The position numbers and the translations under genes were made by a program. The notes below the pieces were generated by a model, which saw only the letters and a list, made by a program, of their open reading frames with translations, was not told where the DNA came from and ran no database searches. A DNA stretch of 64,000 nucleotides from the human T2T-CHM13v2.0 reference genome, Homo sapiens. Below are positions 12,020-27,196 of the stretch, one piece after another (within the stretch, counting starts at the first letter, position 1; the number at the start of each line of letters is the position of its first letter). The stretch is taken from assembly GCF_009914755.1 (NCBI RefSeq), contig NC_060937.1; one strand, given 5' to 3'.

Positions 12020-13880
12020 AAATAAACTTTACCAAGATGTAATTTATATAAAAAATACATTTAACTCACAATTATATAAATGTAATTATACAGTATGCAG
12101 TGTTTTCTGTCTGACTTTTCTCACTTAGCATGCTTTTCAGATTCATCCTTTTTTGTGGTCTTTTATTGTTTCTTTTTAAATATCACTAATTTGTGTATGT
12201 TATATATCAGTAATTTATACTGTTCTTATTGCTGACAATTATTCCATTGTATGGATATATCACAATTTGCTTCTTCATTCATCTGTTGATTGACATTTGT
12301 CTTGTTTCTAATTTGGGGCTCTTTTGAAGAAATCACTATGAGCATTCATGCAGAAGTATTTATGTGAGCCTGCGTCTTCGTTTTTCTTGAATGACTGCAT
12401 AAGTGTAGTATTGCTAGGTCAATTGTCAAGTTTATTTTCCATGTCATTAGATAATGACAAATACTTTTCCAAAATGATTGTACTATTTTACATATGTAGC
12501 TGCAATGTATGAGAATTTCAGTTGCTCAACATATTAGTTGTAGTCAGTCTAATTTTCACTTTTCTAATAGATATGATGCAATATGTCCTAGTGCATTTAA
12601 TTTGCATATCCATGATAACCAATTAACATTTTTAAATGTGGTTATTAGCCATGTATTAAGTTGGTGCAAAAGTAATTGTGGTTTTCAGTGAAAAAAAACT
12701 TTTGCACCAACCTAATACATTCTCTTTGATAAAGTGTCTCTTTAAATTTTTTTTTCCAGTTTTGGATTGAAATTCTTTTATTTTTCTTATTGAGTTACAA
12801 GTTTTATTTTTATATTTTATACAGTAATTTTTCAAATATATGGACTGGAAATATATTCTCCCCATCTGTAGTTTGCCTTTATATTTTCATAGTGATGCCT
12901 TCCAGTGAATTTGTAAGTTTGATGAAGTCTAGTCATTTCTTTTAATAGCTCATCTTTTCTGTGTTATAGCTAAGTAATCTTTGTCTACCCCAAGGTTACG
13001 AAGATATTCTACTATTTTTTTAAATAAGTTTTATAGTTTTAATGCTATGTATAAATACATGATCCATCCACATGCTACTCTTTTCTAAATAGTTTTGTGA
13101 ATGGTTTGCAGTTTAGAGATAGTTTTTTCCCATTTTTTAAAGCACTATTTCTTTAAAAAATTACTTTTCTGTATAGAGTCACCTTGTCATTGATTTATCA
13201 TATATGTGGGTCTATTTTGAACCCTTCATTCTGTTTTATCATTCTAAATACTTTTATAACTGGATTCATTATAAGTGTCAGAGCCAGGTAATATAGTCCT
13301 GTAAAGATTTTAACTTTCAGAATTCTTTAGTCTCTCATATATCCTTTGCACATTAATATATATCTTAGTATCATCTTATCAATTTCATAAAAAGCAAAAC
13401 TAACAGATTTGGATAAGGGTTGCCTTATTCAAGGGTTGCCTTGAATGTATAAATCAATCTGGTGAGAATTTTTACAATGTTAAAACTGACAATTCATGAA
13501 CATATTCTCTTCATTTATTTAAATCTTTAATTTTTCTTAGCAATATTTCATAGTTTTCAATGCATAGACTTTGCACTTATTTTGTTAAGTTTGTAATGTT
13601 TATTTCATGTTTTATACTGATATTGGAAATAGTTTCTCAATTCATTTTCTAAGTATTCCTTAACAGTTTATAGAAATCCATTTTATTTTTATATAGACTT
13701 TTCTCCTATGGCCTAGTAAATTCACTTGAACTATTTTTCGTCCTCTGAACATTTATTAGAATTTTCAGCATAGAGTATTGTGATGTGTTTCTTTCAAACT
13801 ATGTGGCTTTTAATATTCTTTCTAGCCAGAATCTTAAGTATAATAATGAATAGAAGTAAATATTAAGTAGAAGTAAATAT
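12020..13880 (-). mobile_element. Ancient L1M (L1MC/ME-type) 3' portion
   Basis: Antisense L1M 3' motifs (tcacttagcatgcttttcagattcatcc; attccattgtatggatatatcacaatttg) grading into degenerate ORF2. Confidence 0.7.
12656..12715. mobile_element. MADE1 mariner MITE (internally shortened)
   Basis: TIRs ttaagttggtgcaaaagt / acttttgcaccaacctaa with TA target duplication. Confidence 0.9.
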
Positions 13881-14819
13881 TAAATAGAAGCATACATAAT
13901 TTGTTAGGATAAGCATACTATGTTATCATAAAAGTAAATTTAATTTGCCTATAACAGATTCTCAAATACTTTTAGTTAAATAATATTAAAGTTACTTGAG
14001 TATAAATTTTAATCTAAAAGTAGAGATATGCAAATATATATTCGAAATTGTCTTTTCTGCCTATAGTTGCATCTGTAATAGTACAGACTTTGGTTTTCAA
14101 ACACTATATCCAATAATGAATAATTTAAGCAATATGACCCTGGAAAGCCTGTTTGTGTGTACATATATTTATTAGTTAAAAATGTGCTTATACTAGTTGA
14201 AGAATATGTAATTAAAAGTATTTTACAGTTAAAAAAAGTGTTACCTAAGGACATTTATCCAAAATTGTTCATTACTTTTTGGAAAAATCTGAAAGCAGGT
14301 AATTTAACTCTGTTCTCCCAAACAGCTAAAATTTGAAAATGTTTAAGTTAATAGCATCTATGTAATTAAAGTATGATATTGAATAAAAATACCTTGTAAT
14401 CTCTCATTTTGTAAAGGAATAAAAAATAAGGGACAATACATATTATGTCTGTCATTTTGCAGAATAAGTTTTTGGTAGTTTGCATTTTTGTATTAAGAAT
14501 TGATTTCTTCTTATGCACAGAATTTTCAGATTTACTTTAGATGTCTAAGAAACTGCAAGAATAGCTTCATAATTTCATATATTTTTACAAAAATGTTTAT
14601 ACATTACTAGTATCTACTGAAACTCTTCAGATGACTGAATCTGTCAGTACATGGTATAAAAATAAAGCAAAATGATGAATAACACAGTATTTCTTACTTT
14701 GAAAAGGATTCATGAAAATCCTTCCTATTTTCTAGTCATAAAATTGAAGTATTACATTCTTATCTCTTCTCAATCATAATCATTAATAAAAAAACTAGGT
14801 ATCAAATTTTTGAATGTGA

Positions 14820-17800
14820 TTTTTTTTATTTGTTTAACTTTTAAGTTCAGGGGTACATGTGAAGGCTTGTTACATAAGTAAACTTGTGTCACGGGGGCTT
14901 ATTGTACAGATTATTTCATCACCAAGTTATTAAACCTAGTACCTCTAAGTTATTTTTCCTGTTCTTCCCTCTCCTGCCACCTTTCACCTTCTGATAAGCC
15001 CCACTGTCTGTCTGTTGTTCCTTTCTATGTGTTCTCATCATTTAGCTTCTAATTATAAGTGAGAACATTAGGTATTTGGTTTTCTTTTCCTGCATTAGTT
15101 TGATAAGGATAATGACCTTTAGCTCCATCCATGTTCCTGCAAAGGACATGATCTCGTTATTTTCTATGGCTGTATAGTATTCCATGGTATATGTGTACCA
15201 CATTCTCTTTAACCATTCTATCACTAATGGGCATTTACGTTGATTCCGTGTCTTTGCTATTGTGAATAGTGCTGCAATGAGCATACACATGCATGTGTCT
15301 TTGTGGAAGAATGATTTAAATTCCTCTGTGTATGTACCTAGTATTGAGATTGCTGGGTCAAATGGTATTTCTGTTTTTAAGTCTTTGAGCAATTGCCACA
15401 CTGTCTTCCACAATGGTTGAACTAATTTACACTCCCACCAACAGTGTATAAGCATTCCTTTTTCTCTGCAACCTTGCCAGCATCTGTTATTTTTTGACTT
15501 TTTAATGATAACCATTCTGACTGGTGTCAGATGGTATCTCACGGTGGTTTTGATTTGCATTTTTCTAATGTTCAGTGATGCTGAGGTTTTTTTTTTAATA
15601 TGATTATTGGCTGTATGTATGTCTTCTTTTGAAAAGCATCTGTTCATGTTCTTTCCCCACTTTTAATGGAGTTGATTTATCTTGTAAATTTGTTTAAGTT
15701 CCTTACAGATGCTGGATATTAGACCTTTGTCGATGCAGTTTTCAAATATTTTCTCCCATTCTGTAGGTTGTCTGTTTTCTCTGTTGATAGTTTTGTTGTT
15801 GTTGTTTGTTTTCATTTTTGTTTTTGTTTTCACTGTGCAAAAGCTCTTTAATTAGAATCTATTTGTCAATTTTTGCTTTTGGCAACTACACTATAAAATC
15901 TTTGCCAGTTCCTACCTATGTCCTAAATAGTATTGCTTATGTTGTCTTCCAGGGATTTTCTATTTTGGGTTTCATATTTAAGTAATTAATCCATCACAAG
16001 TTAATTTTTTATATGGTGTAAGGAAGGGGTCCCATTTTCAGCTTCTGCATATGGCTAGTCAGTTAGCCCTGCACTATTATTGAATAGGAAATCCTTTCCC
16101 CATTGCTTGTCTTTGTCAGGTTTGTTGAAGATCGGATAGTTGTAGGTGTGCAGCCTCATTTCTGGGTTCTCTATTCTATTCCGTTGGTCTATGTGTCTGT
16201 TTTTGTACCAGTAACATGCTGTTGTGGTTACTGTAAACCTGTAGTACAGTTTGAAGTCAGGTAGTGTGATGCTTCCAGCTTTGTTCTTTTTGCTTAGGAT
16301 AGATTGCCGTGGCTATTCGAGCTCTGATTTTTTTTTTTGTTTGTTTCATATGAATTTTGAAATAATATTTTCTAGTTCTGTAAAGAATTGCAGTAGTAGT
16401 TTAATAGGATGAGCATTGAAGCTATAAATTGCTATGAGCAGTGTTGCCATTTTTATGATATTGATTTCTCCTATCCATGAGCATGGAATGTTTTTCCATT
16501 TGTTTGTGTTATCTCTGATTTCTTTGAGCAGTGGTTTGTAGTTCTCCTTTTAAAGATCTTTCACCTCCTTGGTTAGCTGTATTCCCAGGTATTTTATTCT
16601 CTTTGTGGCAATTGTGAATGAGATTGTCTTTCTGACTTGGTTCTCACCTTGACTGTTGTTGGTGTATAGGGATGTTTGATTTTTGTATTCAAAGACTTTT
16701 CTGAAGTTGTTTATCAGCTTAAGAAGATTTTTGGCTGACTATGGAGTGTCCTAGATATAGTATTATTGTCTGCAAACAGGGATAGTTTGACTTCCTCTCT
16801 TCCTATTTGGATTCCCTTTATTTATTTCTCTTTTCGATTGCTCTGACCAGGGCTTCCAAGACTGTTTAATAAGAATGGTGAGAGAAAACACCATTGTCTT
16901 CTGCTGGTTTTCAAGGGCAATAGTGCCAGCTTTTCAACATTCAGTATGATGTTGGTTGTGGGTTTGTTATATAAGGCTCTCATTACTTTGAGATATGTTC
17001 CTTCAACACCTAGTTAATTGAGAATTTTTAACATGAAGTAGTGTTGAATTTTTTCAAAAGCCTTTTCTGCATCTATTGAAATAATTATGTGGTTTTTGTC
17101 TTTAGTTCTGTTATGTGATGAATCATATTTATTGATTTGCATTTGTTGAATCAACACTGCATCCCAGGGCAAACCCTACTTGATTCTGTTGAATAAGGTA
17201 TTTGATGTGCTGCTGGATTCAATCCACCCATATTTCATTGAGGATTTTTGTGCATTTATGTTCATCAAGGATATTGGCCTGAAGTTGACTATTTTTGTTA
17301 TTTCTCTGCCAGGTTTTAGTATCAGGATGATGCTGGCCTCATAGAATAAGTTAGGCAGGAGTCCCTCCTCCTGAATTTTTTAGAGTAGTTTCAGCAGGAA
17401 TGGAAACAGCTCTTCTTTGAACATCTGGAAGAATTCAATTGTAAATCCATCTGGTCCTGGGCTTTTTGTTGTTGTTGTTGTTGGTAGGTTATTTATAGCT
17501 ACCTTAATTTCAGGGCTCAATATTGGTCTTTTAAAAGATTCAATTTCTTCCTGATTCTGTCTTAGCAGGATGTATGTGTCCAGGAATTTATCCATTTGTT
17601 CTAGATTTTTTAGTTTATGTGCACAGAGGTGTTCATAATATTCTCTGATGGTTGTTTGTATTACTATGAGGTCAGTGGTAATATCCTCCTTGTTGTTTCT
17701 AGTTGTGTGTATTTGAATTTTCTCTCTTTTCTTCTTTATTAGTCTAGCTAATGGTCCATTTTATTATTTTTTTTTTCAAAAAACAAGCTTCTGGATTTGT

Positions 17801-20800
17801 TGATCTTTTGAATTTTTTTTTCTGTCTTAATCTCTTTCAGTTCAGCTCTGATTTTGGCTATTTCTTGTCTTCTGCTAGCTTTGGGATTTGTTTGCTCCTG
17901 CTTCTCTAGTCCTTTTCATTGTGATGTTAGGTTGTTAACTTGAGATCTTTCTAACTTTTGATGTGGGCATTTAGTGCTATAAAGTTCCCTCTTAACATTG
18001 TGTTAGCTGTGTCCCAGAGATTCTGGTACGTTGTGTCTTTCTTCTCAGTAGTTTCAAATAAGTTCTTGATTTCTGTCTTAATTTCATTATTTATCCAAAA
18101 TTCACTCAGGAGCAGGTTGTTCAATTTCTATGTCATTGTATGTTTTTCAATACATTTCTTAATCTGGTTTCTAATTTGATCTGTGGTCTGAGACATTGTT
18201 TGTTATGATTTTCAATTCTTTTGCATTTGTCGAGGGGTATTTTACTTCTGATTCTGTGATCAATTTTAGATTATGTGCCATGTAGCAGTGAGAAAAATGT
18301 GTATTCTGTTGTTTTTGGGTGGAGAGTTTTGTTGATATCCATGAGGTTCATTTGATTCAGTGCTGAGTTCAGGTTCTAAATGTCTTTGCTTATTTTCTGT
18401 CTTGATAATCTGTCTAATATCGTCAGTGGTGTGTTAAACTCTCCCACTATTATTGTGTGGGAATCTAAATCTCTTTGAAGGTCTCTAAGAACTTGCTTTA
18501 TGAATCTGGGTGCTCCTGGATGCATATATATTTAAGATAGTTAGATCTTCTTACTGAATTGAACCTTTACTGTTATGTAATGCCCTTGTCTTTTTTGATC
18601 TTTGTTTGTTTAAATTCTGTTGTGTCAGAAACTATGATTTCAACCTCTGCTTTTTTTCTGTTTTCCATTTCCTTAATAAGATTTTTTTATCTCTTTATTT
18701 TGAGCCTATGTGTGTCATTGTCTGTGAGATGGGTCTCTTGAAGACAGCATACCAATGGGTCTTGGTTCTTTATCCAGTTTGTCATTCTGTGTATTTTAAT
18801 TGGGGCATTTAGCCCATTTACATTAAAGGTTAGTATCATTATGTGTAGATTTGACCATGTCATCATGATCTTAGCTGGTTATTTTACAGACTTGTTTATA
18901 TGGGTGCTTTATAGTATAACTTGTCTATGTACTTCAGTGTGTTTTTGTAGTGGCTGGTAACAATTTTTCCTTTCCATATTCAGCACTTCCTTCAGGAGCT
19001 CTTTTAAGGGAAGTCTGGTGGTAATGAATTCCCTCAGCCTTTGCTTGTCTGACAGTAATTTTATTCTTCCTTTGCTTATGAAGCTTAGTTTGGCCAGATA
19101 TAAAATTATGAGTTGGAATTTCTTTTCTTTAAGAATGTAGACTATTGGCCCCAAATCTCTTCTGGTTTGAAGGGTTTCTGCTGAGAGGTTCACTGTTAGT
19201 CTAATGGGCTTTCTTTTATAAGTGACCTGACCTTCCTGTCTAGCTGTCTTTAACATTTTTTCTTTCATTTTGACCTTTAAAAATATGATTATGTGTCTTG
19301 GAGATGATCTTCTTGTGAAGTTTATTACTGGAGTTTTCTACATTTCCTGAATTTGAATGTTTGCCTCTCTAGCTAGGTTGGGAAAAGTTATCATTGCTAA
19401 TGTCCTGAAATATGTCTTCCAAGTTGGTTCCACTCTCCCCATCCTTTTCAGGGACACTAATAAGTCATATATTTGGTCTCTTTACATAAATCTCTATTTC
19501 TCAGATATTTTCTTCATTCATTTTTATTATTTTTTCTCTGTTCTTGACAGACTGCCTTATTTCAGAAAGGCAGTCTGAAAGCTCTGAGATTCTTTCTTCC
19601 TCTTGGTTAAATCTTCTATTAATATTTGTGATTGCATTATGAAATTCTTGTAGTATGTTTTTCAGCTCTATTGGGATGACTACATTATTTTCCATACTGG
19701 CTGTGTTGCCTGTCAGCTCCTACATTGTTTTATGAAGATTTTTAGCTTCCTTGCATTGAGTTTCAACATGTAGCTCAATGACCTTTATTCGTATCCATAT
19801 TCTGAATTCTTTTTCTGTCATTTCAGCCACCTCAGCCTGGTTCAGAAGCCTTGCTGGAAAGATGATTGCTGGAGAGGTGATGCAATCATTTGGAAAATAG
19901 AAGGTATTCTGGCTTTTAAAGTTTTTCAAGTTTTTTGTGCTGATTCTCATATTTGTGGGTTTATCTACCTTCAATCTTTTAGATTGCTGACATTTGGATG
20001 TTTTTTTATTTTTTTAATCCTATTTGATGACTGTGAGGGATTGATTATGGTATAATGTGGTTTCAGCAGACTGGCTTAATTTCTGGAACGTATTAGGGGG
20101 CCAACATTCAACTCCTGATTCCTGTACTGTGTGCTCTAATTCTGAAGGACACTTATTGTGCCGCAGCTTTTCTCTCTGGCTCCTCAAGGTTTGGAATTTA
20201 CTGTGCTGGGGGCGTTAAGGTTTGTCAGTTGTGGCAGTCTCCTGCAGACTTGCACCACAGTGGCACAGGCAACACAGTTGGGGCTTCAGTGGGCCCCTAC
20301 TGGACACTGTGTGCATGGTTGCACTTGAGGTGGAGTTGTTTTGGGGATAAGATGCTGGCAAGCACAGGTCTGGGTGTCTCCTCTGTGCCCCACAAGCAGG
20401 AGAGAGATCATTCAGTGTGGGCCCAGAAGAAGCTGCAGTATGGGGAGGGAGTAGGTGGGCCTATGTATGGCCATAGGAGCCACCTGACTGGAGGTCTCCA
20501 TTAGTTAGGCACAGTCAGCAAGTGCAAAAGCCATAGTGTGGGTCTCTAGGGCACCCAGGACTTCCTTGCAAACAGGCATGCCCAAGCTGAGGTGCCAGGA
20601 GAGGCCAGCAGACCAAGGGTTATTCAGATCAGACCAGCCCCATCTGATGGGCAAAACCACCCTGCAGAAATCAGTTTGACAGTTCCCCTAGAGCTAAAGT
20701 CTCCTATGGCAACAAGTCAAGTCTAGAGAAATGGCCATCCCTGTCCATACTCCACTTCAGATGTTTCTGCATCAAACCTTCTGGGCTTCACATCAGCTGT

Positions 20801-21140
20801 CTTGCTGCTCCTCCCACTTCTCTAAAAGCTCTTTCTGCCAACTTGAGTGTTCGTGTTGTTTGAGGTCTCCTACTGCTGGGGCTCCAGAGGCCCATGGCAA
20901 GACAAGGTTGCTGCTTGCCAATTTAACTTACTCATTCCCCTGGAGCTGTTGCGGTCCAAAAATGAGTGCCTCTGTGCCATAGCCCCATACAGTGTTCCCA
21001 GCTTTATCCCCCTTCAGTCCAGCTTCTGTGCCTTCCTTCCCTACCCACTTAGCATCTTCCCTCTGAAGAGCTGTTATAAGCACGCCAGTCATTTCAGTGG
21101 GAGCTGTTCCACCTGGCTGCATTAGCTGGCTATCTTCTAT
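14820..21140 (-). mobile_element. Full-length (~6.3 kb) L1PA15/16-like LINE-1 with disrupted ORFs
   Basis: Poly(T) and 3'UTR at 14820. ORF2 ~18866-15042 (endonuclease/RT/Cys domain fragments). ORF1 ~19950-18909 (KEKMLKTARQEGQVTYKRKPIRLT...). GC-richer 5'UTR ending ...ctggctatcttc. Confidence 0.92.
15042..15647 (-). pseudogene. L1 ORF2p C-terminal Cys-rich segment (retrotransposon remnant, not a cellular gene)
   Basis: [16 protein letters not shown]...[27 protein letters not shown] is the L1 ORF2 C-terminal signature. Confidence 0.9.
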
Positions 21141-21831
21141 TTACTGATGACTTTATTTTTAAAGCATATTTATTGTAACATACACAAGTAATTAATGTAC
21201 TTATTTAATTTTTGCTGGAACTAGTATAGTGTATTCTTACTTTTCCTGAGTGTCATTGAACTCCAGGCCAATTAAAACACACCTTTGAATTTTGATGAGT
21301 ATTTTGCTTTGCTGAAGTTTAGTTTTTCATTTGTGAAGACAGCTCATTCATTGGGTCACTGAATTCCAGAAACATGTTGTGAACATTTATATCAATCATA
21401 ATTCATAAGATGCTGTAGAAAGTGAAAGTCATTGCAGAGAAACTTAGTTCTCAAGGGATATAGCATCTAATCACCTGCTAACAAGCAACAAATAGTATAA
21501 TAATTTATTATTCACAAAATTATACTTGATCTTTAAAAACAAAATATGTAAATGAATAGCAAAGAAATGTTAAAATGATTGAAGTCTGTTCATGAAATCA
21601 GTCCCAATTGAAGTTAGTTGAGAATGATTCATGGAAAAGATAAGTTAGTTGAAATTAGGATAAATAGGTGACAGATAAAGAATAAGAATATATCAGGTTA
21701 TTAGACAATACAGGAAAATACAATTTTTCCATCATTTATTCACTTACTGATATTCATTTAGGACACATTTACACCTGTTGTGGGACTACAATAAGGAAAA
21801 AAACAGATGTTTCTGTCTTCATAGTTTAGAC

Positions 21832-22561
21832 GAGGGGTCAGCTAACTTTTTCTATAAAGGGTCAGATGGTAAATATGGTACCTTATCCACCTGTGTGGAC
21901 CAAGTAGCAATATCAAAGATAACATGGATATGCTTGTATAATAAGAAATAAAATAAATATCCATATTTTGTATTTTCTATATTTAAACTGTAATAAGAAT
22001 AACTGAGTGAAATAAATTAAAAACTAATACAGTTTGGCTGGAATAGGAAGTAGTAAGAGGGTGGTAGCAAGGATGTGGCTGGCAGTGGAATTGAAGCAGA
22101 GATGGTCCTTTGGGAGGGAAGATAAGGCATCATGTCTCCAGAAGAAAGGGATTCTCCTGTATTCTGCTGTGCTCAGAGACCCAGGGCAGGATCCAAAAGC
22201 TTGTGGTCAGTAGAAGTGGGCTGAAGGTGGTCTGGATGAAAATTAAGACCTGTGGATGAGAAAACTTGGGGTGAAAGCTTTAAAGACATGTCCTGATTAC
22301 TGTTTAAATTACTCAGCTGTTGTAGCTTGAGAACAGTCACAAATAATACCTAGTGGAATAGGATAAGCTTGTTTCTAGAAAATTCTATTTATGGGTAGTG
22401 AAACTTGAATTGTGCATAAGTTTAAAACATGACAAAATATTATTCTTAAAATTTTGTTTAGCCATTTAAAAATGTAAGAAACATTCATAGCTCATACACG
22501 AATTGGTAGTGGGATCACAGGGCTCACATTTGACTCACAAGCAATAGTTTACTGACTCATG
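21832..22561 (+). mobile_element. MER58/Cheshire-type hAT-Charlie non-autonomous element
   Basis: TIR-like ends gaggggtcagctaactttttctataaaggg and gcaatagtttactgactcatg. MER58B-like right part. Flanks gtttagac/gtctatga resemble the NTCTAGAN target. Confidence 0.7.
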
Positions 22562-23719
22562 GTCTATGAAGAAATAAAGGATATGTAGTTTTTCAAACTA
22601 TCTATATGCACTAGTCAAACTATAGTTTATTCATATGCTTATCACCAAATTTTAAAGTAAGATTTTATAAAAATCCATACATCTATAAAAATAATTTCAT
22701 AATAAAACAAAGCTTAAATCTTTACAGTTTAATAAATACTAATAACTTATAAAATAGAGAAGAAACATATTAATTAGAATCAGTCACCAAAGGGTCTATA
22801 CCTAACTCAATGAAATAAGGCTATGTTTCACATTAATTTCTTTTTACTTATTCATGGTTAATACTAAGTTAATAATCCAAATTCATTACTAATGTTCTGA
22901 CTATTTGGTAAGCCAATGTCCACATGATTCTAAAAAAACTTCAAGATTGAATATATCAGTCTGGGAAATATTAATGGACAGATTTCAACTCCACTCCCTT
23001 AAGTTCAAAGTTTAAAAGAGTTCTCAGCAAAATAAGCAGTGTACAGATATCAGAGTGAAGTTCTTGAAAACTTGAGATAAAGAGGTGGGAAGCATTTAAT
23101 TTACTGTAACAAGTAGTAGTCTGTCTCTCATGCCATTACCTAGAGAGGGAAATAGAGTCCATGCTAAGAGGGAATCTGCTTAAGGCATCAGGGGAGGGTA
23201 CTGTTCCACAATAAATTAAATTGGCTTTGAGGACCACCCACACATTGCTGTATTCACAGAGAATTCTTGCAGTCAGTAATATACCTCTGATTTTTGATTG
23301 AAAGCATGAAAACTAATATATACTATGTTTTGGTTCACATAACCCAGCATTAAACTTCAACACTATGGCACTGCTGATTATGGGCTCAGATTTTTCTGAA
23401 TTATTTTTAAAAACTAATCTTCATCTCTGCTATGACACCCTCAGGGCACAAAGACTTAAGGTTCTTATTACATTAATGTTTTTATTCCTATACTTAAAGA
23501 CATATAACGTTCTAAAGCAGAAATGTGAAATTAATCAGATGCAATACAGCATCTTTCAAAAGATGGCACATATCTAACACCTGTCAGCTCATCAAAGTTT
23601 GGTCTACTACTCTACAAATTACTACATATATCATTCCTGACACCTAAACTGAGGTAGAGAATAAAACAAAACTTGTAAATTTTGTAAGACTCACTAGCAA
23701 CACATATGCAGTGAAGGAT

Positions 23720-24526
<807 letters not shown>

Positions 24527-25937
24527 AACAAATAAATTTTTTATCTTTTGTTGATGAGAAGAGTCTACAAGTTTCCCTCTATCAATGGGAAATAGAAAAG
24601 ATAGGAAGGTTGGAAGAGGGATTCTGTGGAGATGAGACAGTGTGAGGCAGGGTTTCTTCTTTGATCTGTGTGATCCAAGGACATGACAACAGGGAAGCTG
24701 ATTGTGTTGCTAGGAGACCAACTGAAAAAGAGGATTCAGAATGAGTAAATAAAGCTAATGAAACAATAATATAATAGAAGTTAGAATGCAGTGGCAGAGT
24801 GTGAAAGACAGTAATATAAGCAGGTCACACTGGATCAGTCAACTAAACAAGACAGCTGTCTAAGGAAAATGCATTGAGAAAACTGTGGCCAGGAGCTTTT
24901 GTATTTACCAGTGCACAGTTCCAAAGTACAGAGGCAAAACTGAACTCCTTCACTATCAAAAATGGTGTGTGATGGTGGTAGTGATTTAGTTGTGGCGATA
25001 TTTTAAGATACAGAATTATGTCCATTGAGAATTTTCTGGAAGTTCAGTGACTATATATTGAAATTTTGACTATAAGCTCTTTTAAATGCAATATTTCAGC
25101 TCTATAAACTCTAGGTGAGAACATCTAATAGATAGATGAGAATATTTTTGGCAGTCTGTTGTCAGAAGCTATCTGATCCACATATTTGTCCTTTTTATTC
25201 TTCAGTATTTGTGAATGTACTTGATTCTATTTTTAGATGAATCTCTAGCATTTAAATACTAAAAATTTTTTGTTAAAATGTTATTTTAAAGTGACATTTT
25301 ATTGAAATTTCAATATTAAAAATAGATTTCCAATATTTTTCATATCATCAATTAAAATTAAATATAAAATCCTAAGATTATACATATTAGAATGAAATAA
25401 AGTAAAATGAATTATGATTTAATTTGATTTAACCAAAATATTAAAAATGGCCAACTCCTTTGGTAATTAAATATGAACTGGTAATTAAGTATTGGTAATT
25501 AAGAATAAATTTAAACAATGACATTAGAGCATTATTTTTTCTAAATGTAGACTGTGGTAAATAATGGTTAATAATATTAAACTAGTAAATTCATATTCTG
25601 TTTCATAAAGGTTAATAGTTGCAGCTTGATTCATTTAAAATATTCATTAAACATTCAAAATCATTTAATGAAGATTTGAATTAAAATTTAAATGATAAGG
25701 TAACATTATTCTTAATGTCAAAAATAAAAATATTAAACATTTTAGTTTTTGATTTTAAATGAAAGGACACTGACTTGGAAAAATGCATTTTATGAATGTT
25801 TAGTAAATAACATTTACTATATTTTCTAGATTATTTATAACTCTATCAATTAATACAATTTGTAATATTTTATTTGGGTAGTACTTTTAGTGGAAGTACA
25901 TATTTCCTAGTATCTATGCATAAAAGAAGACTCAGTG

Positions 25938-26250
25938 TTTTTTTTTTTTTTTTTTTTTTTTGAGACAGGGTTTCACTCTGTTACCCAGGCTGGAGTGCAG
26001 TGGCATGATCTTGGGTCATTGCAGACTGACTCCACCTTCAGGACTCAAGCAATCCTCCTGCCTCAGCCTCCCTAATAGCTGAGGCTACATACAGGCATGC
26101 ACTACAAAGCCTGGCTAATTTTTTTTATTTTTTGCAAAGATGGGGTTTTACCATGTGGCCAAGGCTGGTCTTGAACTCCTAGGCTCAAGTTATCCACCCA
26201 CCTCAGCCTCCCAAACTGCTGGATCACAGGTGTGAGCCACCACACTGAGC
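25938..26250 (-). mobile_element. AluJ
   Basis: Diverged Alu with J-type motifs (ggactcaagcaatcctcctgcc, gaactcctaggctcaag). Confidence 0.88.
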
Positions 26251-26884
26251 TTTTAGCGATGATTTTAACATAAATTGTTCAGTGCTTAATATGACTTACT
26301 GTAAGAAGCAATTAACTTCTAAGAGCCAAAGATGCAAGAAATGTTTACCACTAGCCACAGGAAAATAGAACATTTTACTCCCAATACACCTGCCCCTTTT
26401 GCAGGTAAGAGGCAAATTTGAAAGCAATTTTTTTTTAGTTAGTAATAATAATCTATAAACTTAGAATTTTATATGTCTAATTCATTTATTTAAAATAATA
26501 ATATCAAGCCATTGATAATAAAAAGGAGCTTCAATGGGAAGTTCCTACATATATGATAATATATGTAGAATATATAGACCTACTATTTGAACTATATCTT
26601 TAAAAACAGACTTCTAGTTAGTTACCTGTCTCTTCTAATATAACTCCATTTAGATTGCTATTTTATTAAGCTTTTATTACAATACATTGCCACTATAACA
26701 CATTTTATATTGGATTTTGTTTTCTTACACAGATTGATTTTTCCATGAAACTCTATTCTATTCTAATCTCCTGTAAGAATACCAAGTAGCCTTTTGTTTT
26801 TCCAATTCAAGTAAGAATTGTATAAAGTGTAGTTATTGTTTATTTTCTGTAAACATGTTATTTTCTAGATTAACTTTCATTTTA

Positions 26885-27130
26885 CCAGATAATTTTAGAC
26901 AGTAATAAGTGTTATGAAGACAATAAATTGGGGGTAATCTGATAAATAGTAAGTGCGACCAGTGGTTAATTTACATATGAATAGGAAATCCTTTTTACAT
27001 TAAGACCTGCACCATACAGAGATGGGGACATTATTTGAGCAAACATGGAAACACTTTTGAGGTAGAGGAAAGAGCAAGTGTAAAGCCGCTGAGGTCGTAA
27101 CACTTTGAAGGCCATGGTAAATGTTCTTGT
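26885..27130 (-). mobile_element. L2 fragment
   Basis: taagtgttatgaagacaataaa...gtagaggaaagagcaagtgtaaagccgctgagg is typical of antisense L2. Confidence 0.45.
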
Positions 27131-27196
27131 AGGATCTCTCTATTGTGTTAACACTATGGAATGAATTCTCAAAGCAGACTTCAACTGATTATAGAC

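Noticed and set aside
25461-25502. Three tggtaattaa homeodomain-like sites
   Set aside because: Looks like local tandem duplication within a decayed L1M-like AT-rich stretch.
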